The position numbers were made by a program, and so were the translations under genes. A DNA stretch of 64,000 bases, taken from sequence record OW969666.1; one strand, written 5' to 3'. The DNA is from a plasmid. The notes under the pieces are model-generated. The model had not been told where the DNA came from, did no database searches, and saw only the letters and a program-made list of their open reading frames with translations. Below are positions 1 to 14,149 of this stretch, in pieces (positions within the stretch are counted from its first letter, which is position 1; each line of letters begins with the position of its first letter).

Positions 1-133
1 CAGATCCAGTTCCGGAAACTTTTTAAAGTTTTGCAGCATAAGCCGCGTGATCAGAGGCATCTTTTATTCCTTTATATACCGCTGACTGAAAGAGTGTCCG
101 GCAGCGCCAGACCGCCTGTTTTGTATTACAGCG

Positions 134-544
134 TTATCTTACCCAGTCTTCCAGCACCAGACCCGGCACCCGCTCAAATTCCCGCACATTATTGGTCACC
201 AGCACGGCACCGGCGGCGATGGCGTGCCCGGCGATCGCCGTGTCGTTCGGCCCGATCGGCGTGCCGGCGAGGCGCAGCGCCACCTTAATTTCCGTGGTCG
301 CGTCCACCGCGGTACGGTCCCAGGGCAGGATGGCATCAAGGCGGGCAGCGAAGGCGTCAGCCAGCTTCTGTGCGGCTGGTCCTGCTTCCTGTGATGCCAG
401 TGACACTTCGGCCCAGGTGATGGCCGAAACCACAATGCGGTGACCCCGCAGCACCGCCTGCTCCAGGCGCTTCAGGACGGCTTCCGGCTGCTCGCGCATG
501 ATGAACGAGCAGATGTTGGTGTCGAGCATATACATTTTGTTCAC
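134..544 (-). CDS. vapC: PIN-domain toxin VapC
   Basis: The 136-aa product starts MNKMYMLDTNICSF, the typical PIN N-terminus. Its start overlaps the stop of the upstream antitoxin ORF by 4 bp (ATGA). Confidence 0.85.
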   Translation of the reverse strand: MNKMYMLDTNICSFIMREQPEAVLKRLEQAVLRGHRIVVSAITWAEVSLASQEAGPAAQKLADAFAARLDAILPWDRTAVDATTEIKVALRLAGTPIGPNDTAIAGHAIAAGAVLVTNNVREFERVPGLVLEDWVR

Positions 545-771
545 AGGTTAACCCGTCCTTCGTCGCTGACAACGTCCCCGCGCTCAGCCATAAAGTCCGG
601 GTCAGCTTTTTCGAGCTCCAGGAACGAGCCCCAGGTCGGCCGGACGGGACGCAGAATAATGCTGTCCCCTTCCCGGACGATCTCCAGCTCGCTCACCCCC
701 TCAAAATCCAGATCGCGGGGCAGGCGGATGGCGCGGTTGTTGCCGTTTTTGAAAATAGATACGGTTCTCAT
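541..771 (-). CDS. vapB: VapB antitoxin (AbrB/SpoVT-like)
   Basis: The 76-aa ORF lies immediately upstream of vapC with a translationally coupled overlap. Its N-terminus (MRTVSIFKNGNNRAIRLP) is AbrB/MazE-like. Confidence 0.8.
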   Translation of the reverse strand: MRTVSIFKNGNNRAIRLPRDLDFEGVSELEIVREGDSIILRPVRPTWGSFLELEKADPDFMAERGDVVSDEGRVNL

Positions 772-784
772 GATTTTTCTCCCG

Positions 785-985
785 GGTAAGTATGGATATG
801 TGATGCATATCCGGAATGAGGTTCATTGCACCGGGTGTGTGCATATGTTCAGTATAGGCAGATGTTCGGCATATGTATATATAGAGCATATGCAGATGGT
901 GAGTATATGCGTATGCCATACCTATGCAGATGTCAGGCATATGGATATGCTTTGCATATCCTTTCTTTTCACTTTTCCCGGTCAG
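785..985. repeat. AT-rich array of CATATG-containing repeats and palindromes upstream of vapBC
   Basis: GGATATG-n5-CATATCC occurs at ~797 and GGATATGC-n3-GCATATCC at ~946. Between them lie two copies of GCAGATGT(TC/CA)GGCATATG and further CATATG sites. Confidence 0.6.
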
Positions 986-1312
986 ATCCGAAAAAAGGTA
1001 GTTCCGGATCACGGCGATTTTCTGCGCTGATTTGTGAAACGAAAATTAAAAATGTGCTACACTTTAAGTAGTTAGATAACTTTCACCCTCTCCGCATCAG
1101 ACCGACCTGACGAGTAAATCCTGTTAATCTGTTCATCATCGCTTCCGAAAACTTTGCTATTATGAATTTTTCGGAAGTCAAAAAGAGTGAGATCCGGTAA
1201 TTGCGGGCGGTGACTGTTATTCTGCTAATCACTGCGGGCGGGCAACGGAATGTTCTGCTGGCGATGATAAATAAATAGAACTAATAGATATTAAATAATA
1301 AGGAAGTTGATT

Positions 1313-1603
1313 ATGAATATGAAAATTACACTGAGTGTTTTATTTGAGGCTCTCATAATCCTTGGGCATGACAGAGTCTGGATGGAAGAATCGGAGTTTG
1401 AGCACATATACGGATACGGCTGCTACCGTGAGATACACACTTGGGACGATCGCACAGTTGCCTGGTGGGATGATGCTGATGACACATGGTATCTGTCCAC
1501 AGAAGTCGATGTGATAACTCCTTTCCTTGGCCCTCTCCCAAAGAAAGAAGGAGAGCTCTCCGAGGAAAAATGCTTCCAGTTAATGACTCTTGGTCGCTAC
1601 TGA
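1313..1603 (+). CDS. hypothetical small acidic Trp-rich protein
   Basis: The ORF has an AGGAAG ribosome-binding site 6 nt upstream of ATG 1313. The ORF-track start at 1307 is TTG. I recognise no domain. Confidence 0.45.
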   Translation: MNMKITLSVLFEALIILGHDRVWMEESEFEHIYGYGCYREIHTWDDRTVAWWDDADDTWYLSTEVDVITPFLGPLPKKEGELSEEKCFQLMTLGRY

Positions 1604-1733
1604 TAGCCGACAGCAGCATTTAATGAGTGGTCGGCTGGACACCCTCTGGCGGCCACATGTCACTCGATAGTGTAGTCCGGCGGGATTTCTCCCTGAAGAT
1701 GATCCAGACATTAACGTAAAGGATACAGGAACG

Positions 1734-2264
1734 ATGTGTAAACTGACCGGTTTTATAATGGGGCTGACGATCCTGCTGGGTGTGACTGCACGGGATGCAG
1801 GGGCGGCAACGCTCAGTGAAATGCGGATGGTTAATGCCAGTCAGAAACCCGGGATGGTGATTATCTGCAGCCGGACCTCGGAGATTCCGCAGAAAGGTGA
1901 ATCCCCCGTTCGTATAGAAAGTCTCCTCAGGGGCGTGGTACTGCAGAACGACGGTGATCGCATGATGTTTGACGTGACCTATACACAGCGAAACGCTGAA
2001 GAGAGTATTCCTTTTCGTACGGAAAAATACCGGCTGACCACTGAGCTGGAAGCCACCCGCCAGAAAATGGCCATCGATCCTGAGACGATAGAACTATCGC
2101 TTCCGCGTGCCCGCGGTCTTGAAGAAACTTTTCTCGCGGGGATGAAAGCAAGCCCGGTTTCGTTTGAAGATTACACCAATTACCGTGTCAAATCTGCTAC
2201 CGAGTATCTGATCCTGCCGGGTCCGGCATCCCCGGATGCACCGGTGATGCACTGCACACTCTAA
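1734..2264 (+). CDS. hypothetical secreted protein or lipoprotein
   Basis: The 176-aa product has an N-terminal hydrophobic signal-like segment (MCKLTGFIMGLTILLGVTARDAGAA). Function is unknown. Confidence 0.45.
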   Translation: MCKLTGFIMGLTILLGVTARDAGAATLSEMRMVNASQKPGMVIICSRTSEIPQKGESPVRIESLLRGVVLQNDGDRMMFDVTYTQRNAEESIPFRTEKYRLTTELEATRQKMAIDPETIELSLPRARGLEETFLAGMKASPVSFEDYTNYRVKSATEYLILPGPASPDAPVMHCTL

Positions 2265-2282
2265 TGACAATGGTGACATAAC

Positions 2283-3059
2283 ATGATGCCAGCACTGCCA
2301 GGCCATAGCGGGGCTTTTTCCTCTGCTCAGCTGCCGGTGGCCATCGATTACCCGGCCGCGCTGGCACTGCGCCAGATGGCGCTCGTTCAGGACGAACTGC
2401 CGAAATACCTGCTGGCGCCGGAAGTGAGCGCCCTGCTCCACTACGTGCCCGATCTTCACCGTAAGATGCTGCTGACCACCCTGTGGAACACCGGCGCCCG
2501 TATTAACGAAGCACTGGCCCTGACCCGGAGTGATTTTTCCCTGGCCCCGCCCTACCCGTTCGTGCAACTGGCAACCCTCAAACAGCGGGTGGAGAAAGCG
2601 GCCCGAACGGCCGGCCGTGCTCCGGCCGGCAGCCAGCCTCATCGTAACGTTCCGCTTTCCGATCCGCAGTATGCCCGCCAGCTGGAAATGATGGTGGCCA
2701 CCCTGAAAATACCGCTGGAACGCCGGAATAAGCGCACCGGCAGAACGGAAAAGGTGCGCATCTGGGAGATCACCGACCGTACCGTTCGCACCTGGCTGGG
2801 CGAAGCTGTTGAAGCGGCAGCCGCCGACGGGGTGACGTTCTCCGTGCCGGTGACGCCACACACGTTCCGCCACTCCTACGCCATGCACATGCTGTATGCC
2901 GGAATTCCGCTGAAGGTGCTGCAGAGCCTGATGGGGCACAAGTCGATCAGCTCGACGGAAGTCTATACAAAGGTATTTGCGCTCGATGTTGCTGCAAGGC
3001 ATCGTGTGCAATTTTCAATGGCAGAGGCTGATGCTGTTGCCATGCTGAAAAAAAGATAA
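2283..3059 (+). CDS. tyrosine site-specific recombinase (ResD/XerD-like)
   Basis: The C-terminal motifs HTFRHSYAMHML and LMGHKSISSTEVYT (R-H-R-Y catalytic box) are present. Product is 258 aa. Confidence 0.8.
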   Translation: MMPALPGHSGAFSSAQLPVAIDYPAALALRQMALVQDELPKYLLAPEVSALLHYVPDLHRKMLLTTLWNTGARINEALALTRSDFSLAPPYPFVQLATLKQRVEKAARTAGRAPAGSQPHRNVPLSDPQYARQLEMMVATLKIPLERRNKRTGRTEKVRIWEITDRTVRTWLGEAVEAAAADGVTFSVPVTPHTFRHSYAMHMLYAGIPLKVLQSLMGHKSISSTEVYTKVFALDVAARHRVQFSMAEADAVAMLKKR

Positions 3060-3299
3060 CTAAATTTGTCAAAATTTACAGACAGTTGTAATGACATCCA
3101 CTTATTCGATAATAAATTAATCTTGCGTTACGTGAAAACTGACAGGGGTCCAGGCTGTACCAGGCCGGAATTCACGTAACGCACTTTACGTCTTCTTCAT
3201 TACTTACCTTTTCGTTCCGATCCTGTTCATCCCTGCATTGCCCCCTTTTCTTCATAACGCATTTCACTGTTGCCGAAAGCCCATGGGGTCGACTTTGCG

Positions 3300-3500
3300 A
3301 CCGCGGCCGCACTCAGAAGGATGGCCACTTTAACCGGCGCCACCCTGGCGTACCTACTCGTCCCCGAAGTGAGAGCCCTACTCTTCTATATGCCGGATCT
3401 TCACCATTAAATGCTGTTCTCTACTTTCTGGAACACGGGAGTGCGGATCAGTGAATCCCGGACGCTGCCCCCGGAATCCTTTGATCTCGGTGGGTTAAGA
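3300..3500 (+). pseudogene. decayed partial copy of the recombinase N-terminal region
   Basis: The nucleotide sequence resembles 2395-2560 of the recombinase gene ([33 protein letters not shown]) and has an in-frame stop. Confidence 0.55.
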
Positions 3501-3559
3501 CCCTTTGTGAAAGTACTGGGCTAAGGGCATCCGCCCTGACGAACAATATTGACTAAGTG

Positions 3560-3760
3560 ATGAAAGTAAACATATCGCAGTGAAGATGTTGAGCAGACTG
3601 CCCGCTCTTCCACACACCGCAGTCAATATCAATACTCCGGTAGGCCTATCCGCATATCGCAGTCAAGGCAAGCAAAACCTAAACGGAATGATGAATCAGT
3701 ATAAATTGACTGTGGTATGCGCTCTGCATACCACAGTCAACAAACTCTAAAACGGCATTC
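3560..3760. repeat. RepFIB iterons upstream of repA
   Basis: The motifs CGCAGTCAA and ACCACAGTCAA and their complements are repeated. Confidence 0.65.
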
Positions 3761-3761
3761 C

Positions 3762-4772
3762 TCAGTCATTTCCCGGTTTCACGCTGGCGAGCGCTTTTGC
3801 TAGTTTCTGAGGATCAATACCTGCAGCCTTCAGGGCTTTAATAACTTCGTCATAGTTCTGCTCAGGTACTTCCTCTTCCGGCTCACGGGGAACAACGACC
3901 TTGCTACTGATGAGTTTCGGATTACGGTAATGCACGCTGAAGTAGGTGGCCCGGCCGCGTTTGAATTCGGTGTAATCCAGATAGCCGATATCCTTCAGCT
4001 GCGCCATGGCTTTGCGCACCGTGTGGTTCTGCGTGTAGAGGTTAGACGTCAGGTTGAGTCTGTCTCGCATACGCTTCATGGAGATGGGGGCCGGATTCTG
4101 TGGCAGACTTTCAATGTAGGTATAGAGTGCCTGTGCGGACTCCTTGCGCTGCAGGGCATCAATGGCTTTCAGACGCAACAGGACCCGCCTGTCCATCTGA
4201 TAAAGCTCAAAGAGCTTGGGCTCTGCCCTGATCTCCACGACATCGGCAGTGATGTCGTAATAGGCAGACTGAACCAGGTGCGTAGTCCACCCTTTCGTTT
4301 CACTCTGAAACTTGAGGGTTACGGATGCCAGCTTGAACAGGGAGTTGCTTATCCTGTCACGCATTTTCTTGTTAGAGCGCCGGGAGTCAAAGCCACACAT
4401 TTTAACAAACTCAACAAAAGACAGCTTGAGCGTGTCATCCTTAACGCCAAAATCATACATTGAACGGATGATTCCAAGCCAGACTTTGAAGTCCGTATCC
4501 ATATCGAGGCGCGATCCGGTGATCCTGACATCGGTATACCCTTCACTCCGGGCAATGGACAGCTGTACGAGCTCCTCAGTCGCATCCGTGACGTTTTTGC
4601 GGTTCGTCTTACTCCTAGAGGTCGATTTGAGGGTAGGAACGAACAGACCAAGCCTCATGAGCGCAACAGGCTGAACAGTACTGGCGCTGTTGACATCCAG
4701 CTTAACAACTTCACCCGTTGTCTTATTGACCTCCTGAAGATTCAGGGGTAACTCATTATTTTCCATAGCCAT
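3762..4772 (-). CDS. repA: RepFIB-type replication initiator RepA (RepE-like)
   Basis: The 336-aa product resembles the iteron-binding initiator family. The gene is flanked on both sides by ACAGTCAA-type iterons. Confidence 0.85.
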   Translation of the reverse strand: MAMENNELPLNLQEVNKTTGEVVKLDVNSASTVQPVALMRLGLFVPTLKSTSRSKTNRKNVTDATEELVQLSIARSEGYTDVRITGSRLDMDTDFKVWLGIIRSMYDFGVKDDTLKLSFVEFVKMCGFDSRRSNKKMRDRISNSLFKLASVTLKFQSETKGWTTHLVQSAYYDITADVVEIRAEPKLFELYQMDRRVLLRLKAIDALQRKESAQALYTYIESLPQNPAPISMKRMRDRLNLTSNLYTQNHTVRKAMAQLKDIGYLDYTEFKRGRATYFSVHYRNPKLISSKVVVPREPEEEVPEQNYDEVIKALKAAGIDPQKLAKALASVKPGND

Positions 4773-4789
4773 TTTATTAACCCGCGGTT

Positions 4790-5220
4790 ATCCACAAACG
4801 AAAGTATATACGCATATCACAGTCAACGGAAATACATACCCCAGTTAATACAATTGCATACCGCAATAGTTGATCTCGCACACAACAGTCAACATACCAC
4901 ACACCACAGTTAATGAAGATAGTCTCCAGGCTCAGGCGTAGCGGGGCGCTAAACGATCCGGGGATCTCTTTTTGATCTCAACATGATCTCCTTAAGGATC
5001 AATTACTGGATCGAAATATGGAATAACAGCCAGCATCCAATACATATGGACCACTGACATGACACAATGTGAATCTTGGTACAACAACCCAGTAATACAA
5101 CACCAGGAAAGGCAATAGTCTTGACTGTGATATGCAGAAAAATGCATGTCATTACTCTTCCCTATTCCTATTCAGCTTCATACCGCAGTCAATAATCTGC
5201 ATACTATAGTCAATTCCTTA
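4790..5220. repeat. RepFIB iterons downstream of repA
   Basis: Multiple copies of CACAGTCAAC and CCACAGTTAAT and their complements are present. Confidence 0.6.
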
Positions 5221-5414
5221 CCATTCAGTTCCTTCCAGTGGAGCTTCGTTAGCTTCAGAGCGTCAGCCACACCTTGTTAGTACGGAGTAATTCCGCTTCC
5301 TCGACGCATGCGCCTACGCGCGCATACTTTCTGCGGCGAGCGGATGATATTGACTGAAGCATGCGGCAGCCTTTCAGGCGGATGCTGAACTGAACAAGAC
5401 TATATTTTGATCGG

Positions 5415-5458
5415 CTTTGCAATATTTAAGACGGTTTGCAACTTTAATGTTGCTTTGC
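5415..5458 (+). promoter_or_regulatory. sopAB operator with CTTTGC repeats
   Basis: CTTTGC, GTTTGC and CTTTGC lie within 45 bp upstream of sopA, as in the F sop promoter that SopA autoregulates. Confidence 0.5.
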
Positions 5459-5512
5459 GCCTTTTACCAAGATTTAATAGATTAATGCAAAGATAATAAT
5501 AAGGAACAAAGA

Positions 5513-6679
5513 ATGGGACTGATGGAAACGCTTGACCAGTGCATTACGGCCGGTCATGAAATGACGAAAGCTATCGCGATTGCACAGTTTAACGATGATA
5601 GCCCGGAAGCCAGGAAAATTACCCGTCGCTGGCGTGTGGGTGAGGCCGCCGATCTGATTGGCGTTTCTTCTCAGGCAATCCGTGATGCAGAAAAAGCAGG
5701 ACGCCTTCCCCATCCTGATATGGAAATGCGTGGACGTGTAGAGCAGCGGGTGGGCTACACCATTGAACAAATCAACCATATGCGGGATGTATTTGGCACC
5801 CGTCTGCGCCGTCCTGATGACAGCGTTCCGCCCGTCATCGCGGTGGCAGCACATAAAGGGGGTGTCTATAAGACATCTGTATCTGTACATTTGGCACAGG
5901 ACCTGGCGCTGAAAGGGCTGCGAGTACTGCTTGTCGAAGGGAACGATCCTCAAGGCACAGCCTCCATGTACCACGGCTGGGTCCCTGATTTGCATATCCA
6001 TGCCGAAGACACACTGCTGCCTTTTTATCTTGGTGAGCGCGATGATGCAGCCTATGCCGTCAAAGCCACCTGCTGGCCGGGTCTCGACATCATACCTTCA
6101 TGCCTGGCTCTGCACCGCATTGAGACAGAACTAATGGGAAGGTTTGACAACGGGAAACTGCCGACAGAACCTCATATGATGCTTCGCCTGGCCATCGAAA
6201 CAGTGGCCCATGATTATGATGTCATTGTTATCGACAGTGCACCGAACCTCGGTATTGGTACCATCAATGTCGTCTGTGCTGCAGATGTACTCATCGTGCC
6301 AACGCCAGCAGAGTTATTTGATTACACCTCTGCCCTTCAGTTTTTTGACATGCTGCGCGACCTGTTAAAAAACGTGGACCTGCAGGGTTTTGAACCTGAC
6401 GTTAGAATTCTTCTGACCAAGTACAGCAATAACAATGGCTCACAGTCACCCTGGATGGAAGAACAGATCCGCGATGCCTGGGGAAGCATGGTACTGAAAA
6501 ACGTTGTTCGCGAGACCGACGAAGTCGGTAAAGGTCAGATCCGTATGAGAACGGTGTTTGAGCAGGCTATCGATCAGCGCTCATCTACAGGAGCCTGGCG
6601 AAATGCGCTGTCTATCTGGGAGCCTGTCTGTAATGAAATTTTTGATCGCCTGATTAAACCTCGCTGGGAGATCAGATAA
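5513..6679 (+). CDS. sopA: partition ATPase SopA/ParA
   Basis: The 388-aa product has a deviant Walker A motif (AHKGGVYKT). It is followed by a translationally coupled parB. Confidence 0.9.
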   Translation: MGLMETLDQCITAGHEMTKAIAIAQFNDDSPEARKITRRWRVGEAADLIGVSSQAIRDAEKAGRLPHPDMEMRGRVEQRVGYTIEQINHMRDVFGTRLRRPDDSVPPVIAVAAHKGGVYKTSVSVHLAQDLALKGLRVLLVEGNDPQGTASMYHGWVPDLHIHAEDTLLPFYLGERDDAAYAVKATCWPGLDIIPSCLALHRIETELMGRFDNGKLPTEPHMMLRLAIETVAHDYDVIVIDSAPNLGIGTINVVCAADVLIVPTPAELFDYTSALQFFDMLRDLLKNVDLQGFEPDVRILLTKYSNNNGSQSPWMEEQIRDAWGSMVLKNVVRETDEVGKGQIRMRTVFEQAIDQRSSTGAWRNALSIWEPVCNEIFDRLIKPRWEIR

Positions 6680-7644
6680 TGAAACGTGCACCAGTCATTC
6701 CAAAACATACCGTAAAAGATATCCGCCCCGAAACTGAACCTTCAGCGGCACCCGCTGCACCGATGGTTGATTCATTAATTGCACGGGTTGGAGCCATGGC
6801 CCGCGGGAATACCATTCTGCTTCCGGTTTGTGGCCGGGAAGTGAAATTTATTCTGGAAGCGATCCCGGGCGAGAGTGTTGAGACGGCATCAAGAGTCTGG
6901 TCAGGTAATGAACGTGACCAGGAACTACTGACCGAAGACGCGCTTGATGATCTGATTCCCTCTTTTATGCTGAGTGGTCAACAGACGCCTGCGTTCGGAC
7001 GAAGGGTAGAAGGTGTCATTGAAATTGCTGATGGTAGTCGCCGTCGTAAAGCCGCCATACTGACATCATCAGATTATCGTGTTCTCGTCGGGGATCTCGA
7101 TGACGAACAGATGATGGCTTTATCACGGCTGGGTAATGATTATCGTCCTGTCAGCGCTTATGAACGGGGCAACCGTTATGCACAGCGGTTGGAAAATGAT
7201 TTTAACGGCAATATCTCTGCTCTGGCTGAAGCTGAGAATATTTCCCGTAAAATCATCACGCGTTGCATCAACACGGCCCATTTGCCAAAATCAGTGGTTG
7301 CCCTGTTTACTCATCCTGGTGAACTTTCCGCCCGCTCTGGGGAGACGCTGTACAAAGCATTTTCGGGAAAAGAAGCTTTATTGTTGCAACGGACACAACA
7401 GCTTCATGAGCAAAAGAAAGCGGGAGTTATCTTTGAATCCGAGGAAGTTATTGGTTTACTGACGGATGTTCTGAAAGAGCCATCAGGTAAAAAAGTAAAC
7501 CTTAATACCCGTCATCAATTTGTACCTGGTGCGACAGCCCTATACAAAGGCGATAAGGTGATTTTTAATCTCGATAAATCTCGTTTGCCTGCCGAGTGTA
7601 TCGAGAAGATAGAAAGCATACTGCGCGACTTACAAAAAGTTTAG
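6679..7644 (+). CDS. sopB: partition protein SopB/ParB
   Basis: The 321-aa product is a ParB family member downstream of sopA. Confidence 0.85.
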   Translation: MKRAPVIPKHTVKDIRPETEPSAAPAAPMVDSLIARVGAMARGNTILLPVCGREVKFILEAIPGESVETASRVWSGNERDQELLTEDALDDLIPSFMLSGQQTPAFGRRVEGVIEIADGSRRRKAAILTSSDYRVLVGDLDDEQMMALSRLGNDYRPVSAYERGNRYAQRLENDFNGNISALAEAENISRKIITRCINTAHLPKSVVALFTHPGELSARSGETLYKAFSGKEALLLQRTQQLHEQKKAGVIFESEEVIGLLTDVLKEPSGKKVNLNTRHQFVPGATALYKGDKVIFNLDKSRLPAECIEKIESILRDLQKV

Positions 7645-7861
7645 CCTGTTTAATGATACACGCGAGAGTCTTCATTAATTTCCAATATCCTTAATGCGTT
7701 ACATGCTGCTTCGGAATATATACATCCGAAGCAGTTATTTTCTGCACTATAGCCCAGTGTTGTTAAAAAGATCTGTTTACTTCTCCCAACCTGATTGTTA
7801 CCACAATCTAAAGATCCAGTTTTTTCTAGTTTTCCTTAACTAGTTCCGCAGTTCACCCCTC

Positions 7862-8135
7862 AACCTGCATATCAGAACTCAGACGGTAACCCATCCCGGA
7901 ATACTGATTTCATACACCAGATTAACTGGGACCACGGTCCCACTTCCTACTTGCGTGTCAGAACTCACCCGTCAAGCCCGCTTGGAATATCGATTCCACA
8001 CGCCGGATTTAACTGGGACCACGGTCCCACCTCCTACTTGCGTGTCAGAACTCATCCTTCAACCCCGTCTGGAATATCGATTCCACACGCCGGATTTAAC
8101 TGGGACCATGGTCCCACTCTATTCAGCTGTTTCTA
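7862..8135. repeat. sopC-like centromere
   Basis: About 2.5 direct repeats of ~87 bp follow sopB. Each carries the palindromes GGAATATCGATTCC and TGGGACCACGGTCCCA about 43 bp apart. Confidence 0.75.
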
Positions 8136-8293
8136 TCACAATACAGATTTTGAGATTGTTACTGTGATTCCTGTATTAGGTGCGTAAGAAGATTATGTTC
8201 GTTTTGTTCCCTGGTGCTTCCTCGCTCACTCGCGGGCTTCGCCCTGTCGTTCGGCTGCGGCGAGCACTACTGGCTCTCTCAGAAAAGCAGAAT

Positions 8294-8989
8294 TTATCTG
8301 ATCCTCGCAACGGGAATATCTTTCCAGCGGGTGGTGTACGCAGGGGAGAGCATATCGCGTTTCATTTGCCATGATGGCGCTATCCCTCGCCCGGCAAACC
8401 AGATCTGTCCCAGACCGGAATGATTAATGCCATCGAGAACCTTCATCAGCTCAGAGCTGTGAGGACGTGGCGGACGTTCGTCGAACAGCTGCAGCTGCGA
8501 AACGCCGGAGCCGGTGAAGTCATTCAGCATCACACCGGCTTTGGCATACAGGTGCCCATCCTTCCAGATACGCTCCAGAGCCGTTGTGGCGGCCGCAATA
8601 ATGTCCCGGGTGTCCTGAGTGGGTGTAAGCAGTTTCTCCGTGGCCACGTTGCCGTAGTAAGGCTCTTTAACGGCGAACGGAGACGTTTTGATGAAAACGG
8701 AAATATGCCGGCAGTACTGGCGCTCTTTCCGCAGCTTTTCAGAGGCCCGCTCTGCGTACTGACAGACAGCCTGGCGGAGCGAATCGTACTCCGTGATTTT
8801 CTCTCCAAAGCTGCGGCTGCAGACGATCTGCTGTTTCGTCGGTGGTGCTTCCTCAAGCGACATGCAGCTTTCCCCGTTCAGTTCGCGTACTGTTCGCTCG
8901 AGAACGACGGAGAAATTTTTGCGTATAAAGGCCGGGTTCGTCAGGGCCAGATCGAGCGCGGTCCTGATACCCAGTACATTAAGTTTGCG
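8294..8989 (-). pseudogene. umuC: umuC 3' portion, interrupted by IS26
   Basis: Translation is continuous (...RKLNVLGIRTALDLALTNPAFIRKNFSVVLERTVREL...SLEEAPPTKQQIVCSRSFGEKITEY...). It joins in frame with the 5' part at 56538 across the TSD. Confidence 0.9.
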
Positions 8990-10419
<1,430 letters not shown>

Positions 10420-10430
10420 TCAGATTGACA

Positions 10431-10476
10431 CTCTATCATTGATAGGGATATATTCCAACTCTATCAATGATAGGGA
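10431..10476. promoter_or_regulatory. tandem tet operators between divergent tetR and tetA
   Basis: The palindromes CTCTATCATTGATAGGGA and CTCTATCAATGATAGGGA are present. Confidence 0.85.
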
Positions 10477-10496
10477 ATTAACACAGGATCTGAAAA

Positions 10497-12885
<2,389 letters not shown>

Positions 12886-12906
12886 TAACGTATTCAGGGA
12901 GATACT

Positions 12907-13322
12907 ATGGAACGGATTGAACATCACGTCTGTTTCGGCGGCAGCCAGGAAGTCTGGCGTCACCACTCTGCGGTGACCGGCACGCCGATGACTTTTTCCG
13001 TGTTTCTGCCGCCGCAGGCAAAAACAGAGAAATGTCCTGTGCTGTACTGGCTTTCCGGGCTGACCTGCAACGAGCAGAATTTTATCACCAAAGCCGGGGC
13101 ACAGCGTTACGCAGCGGAACACGGCCTGGTGATTGTCGCGCCGGATACCAGTCCGCGCGGCAGTCAGGTGGCGGATGATAAAGAGTACGATCTCGGCCAG
13201 GGTGCCGGGTTTTATGTCAATGCCACACAGGAGCCGTGGAAAGCGCATTATCAGATGTATGATTATATTCTGAATGAGCTGCACACCCTGGTAAGCGGGC
13301 ATTTCGGCACATCGGAAAAACG
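12907..13322 (+). pseudogene. frmB: S-formylglutathione hydrolase FrmB/esterase D, 3'-truncated by IS26
   Basis: The esterase D N-terminus ([19 protein letters not shown]...) ends at the IS26 boundary. Confidence 0.8.
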
Positions 13323-14142
13323 GGCACTGTTGCAAAGTTAGCGATGAGGCAGCCTTTTGTCTTATTCAAAGGCCTTACATTTCAAAAACTCTGCTTACCA
13401 GGCGCATTTCGCCCAGGGGATCACCATAATAAAATGCTGAGGCCTGGCCTTTGCGTAGTGCACGCATCACCTCAATACCTTTGATGGTGGCGTAAGCCGT
13501 CTTCATGGATTTAAATCCCAGCGTGGCGCCGATTATCCGTTTCAGTTTGCCATGATCGCATTCAATCACGTTGTTCCGGTACTTAATCTGTCGGTGTTCA
13601 ACGTCAGACGGGCACCGGCCTTCGCGTTTGAGCAGAGCAAGCGCGCGACCATAGGCGGGCGCTTTATCCGTGTTGATGAATCGCGGGATCTGCCACTTCT
13701 TCACGTTGTTGAGGATTTTACCCAGAAACCGGTATGCAGCTTTGCTGTTACGACGGGAGGAGAGATAAAAATCGACAGTGCGGCCCCGGCTGTCGACGGC
13801 CCGGTACAGATACGCCCAGCGGCCATTGACCTTCACGTAGGTTTCATCCATGTGCCACGGGCAAAGATCGGAAGGGTTACGCCAGTACCAGCGCAGCCGT
13901 TTTTCCATTTCAGGCGCATAACGCTGAACCCAGCGGTAAATCGTGGAGTGATCGACATTCACTCCGCGTTCAGCCAGCATCTCCTGCAGCTCACGGTAAC
14001 TGATGCCGTATTTGCAGTACCAGCGTACGGCCCACAGAATGATGTCACGCTGAAAATGCCGGCCTTTGAATGGGTTCATGTGCAGCTCCATCAGCAAAAG
14101 GGGATGATAAGTTTATCACCACCGACTATTTGCAACAGTGCC
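13323..14142 (-). mobile_element. tnp26: IS26 copy 2
   Basis: The sequence is identical to copy 1. The transposase ORF is at 13375-14097. Confidence 0.97.
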
Positions 14143-14149
14143 CGCTGCC

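Noticed and set aside
440-1030. A 196-aa ORF on the plus strand across vapB and the repeat array.
   Set aside because: It is antisense to vapB and has low-complexity composition. It runs through the non-coding repeat array.
2094-3011. A 305-aa ORF antisense to the tyrosine recombinase.
   Set aside because: It is an antisense frame of a well-supported gene and has no features of its own.
7951-8187. Two overlapping ORFs of about 70-78 aa across sopC.
   Set aside because: They are generated by the direct repeats of the centromere and have repetitive peptide content.
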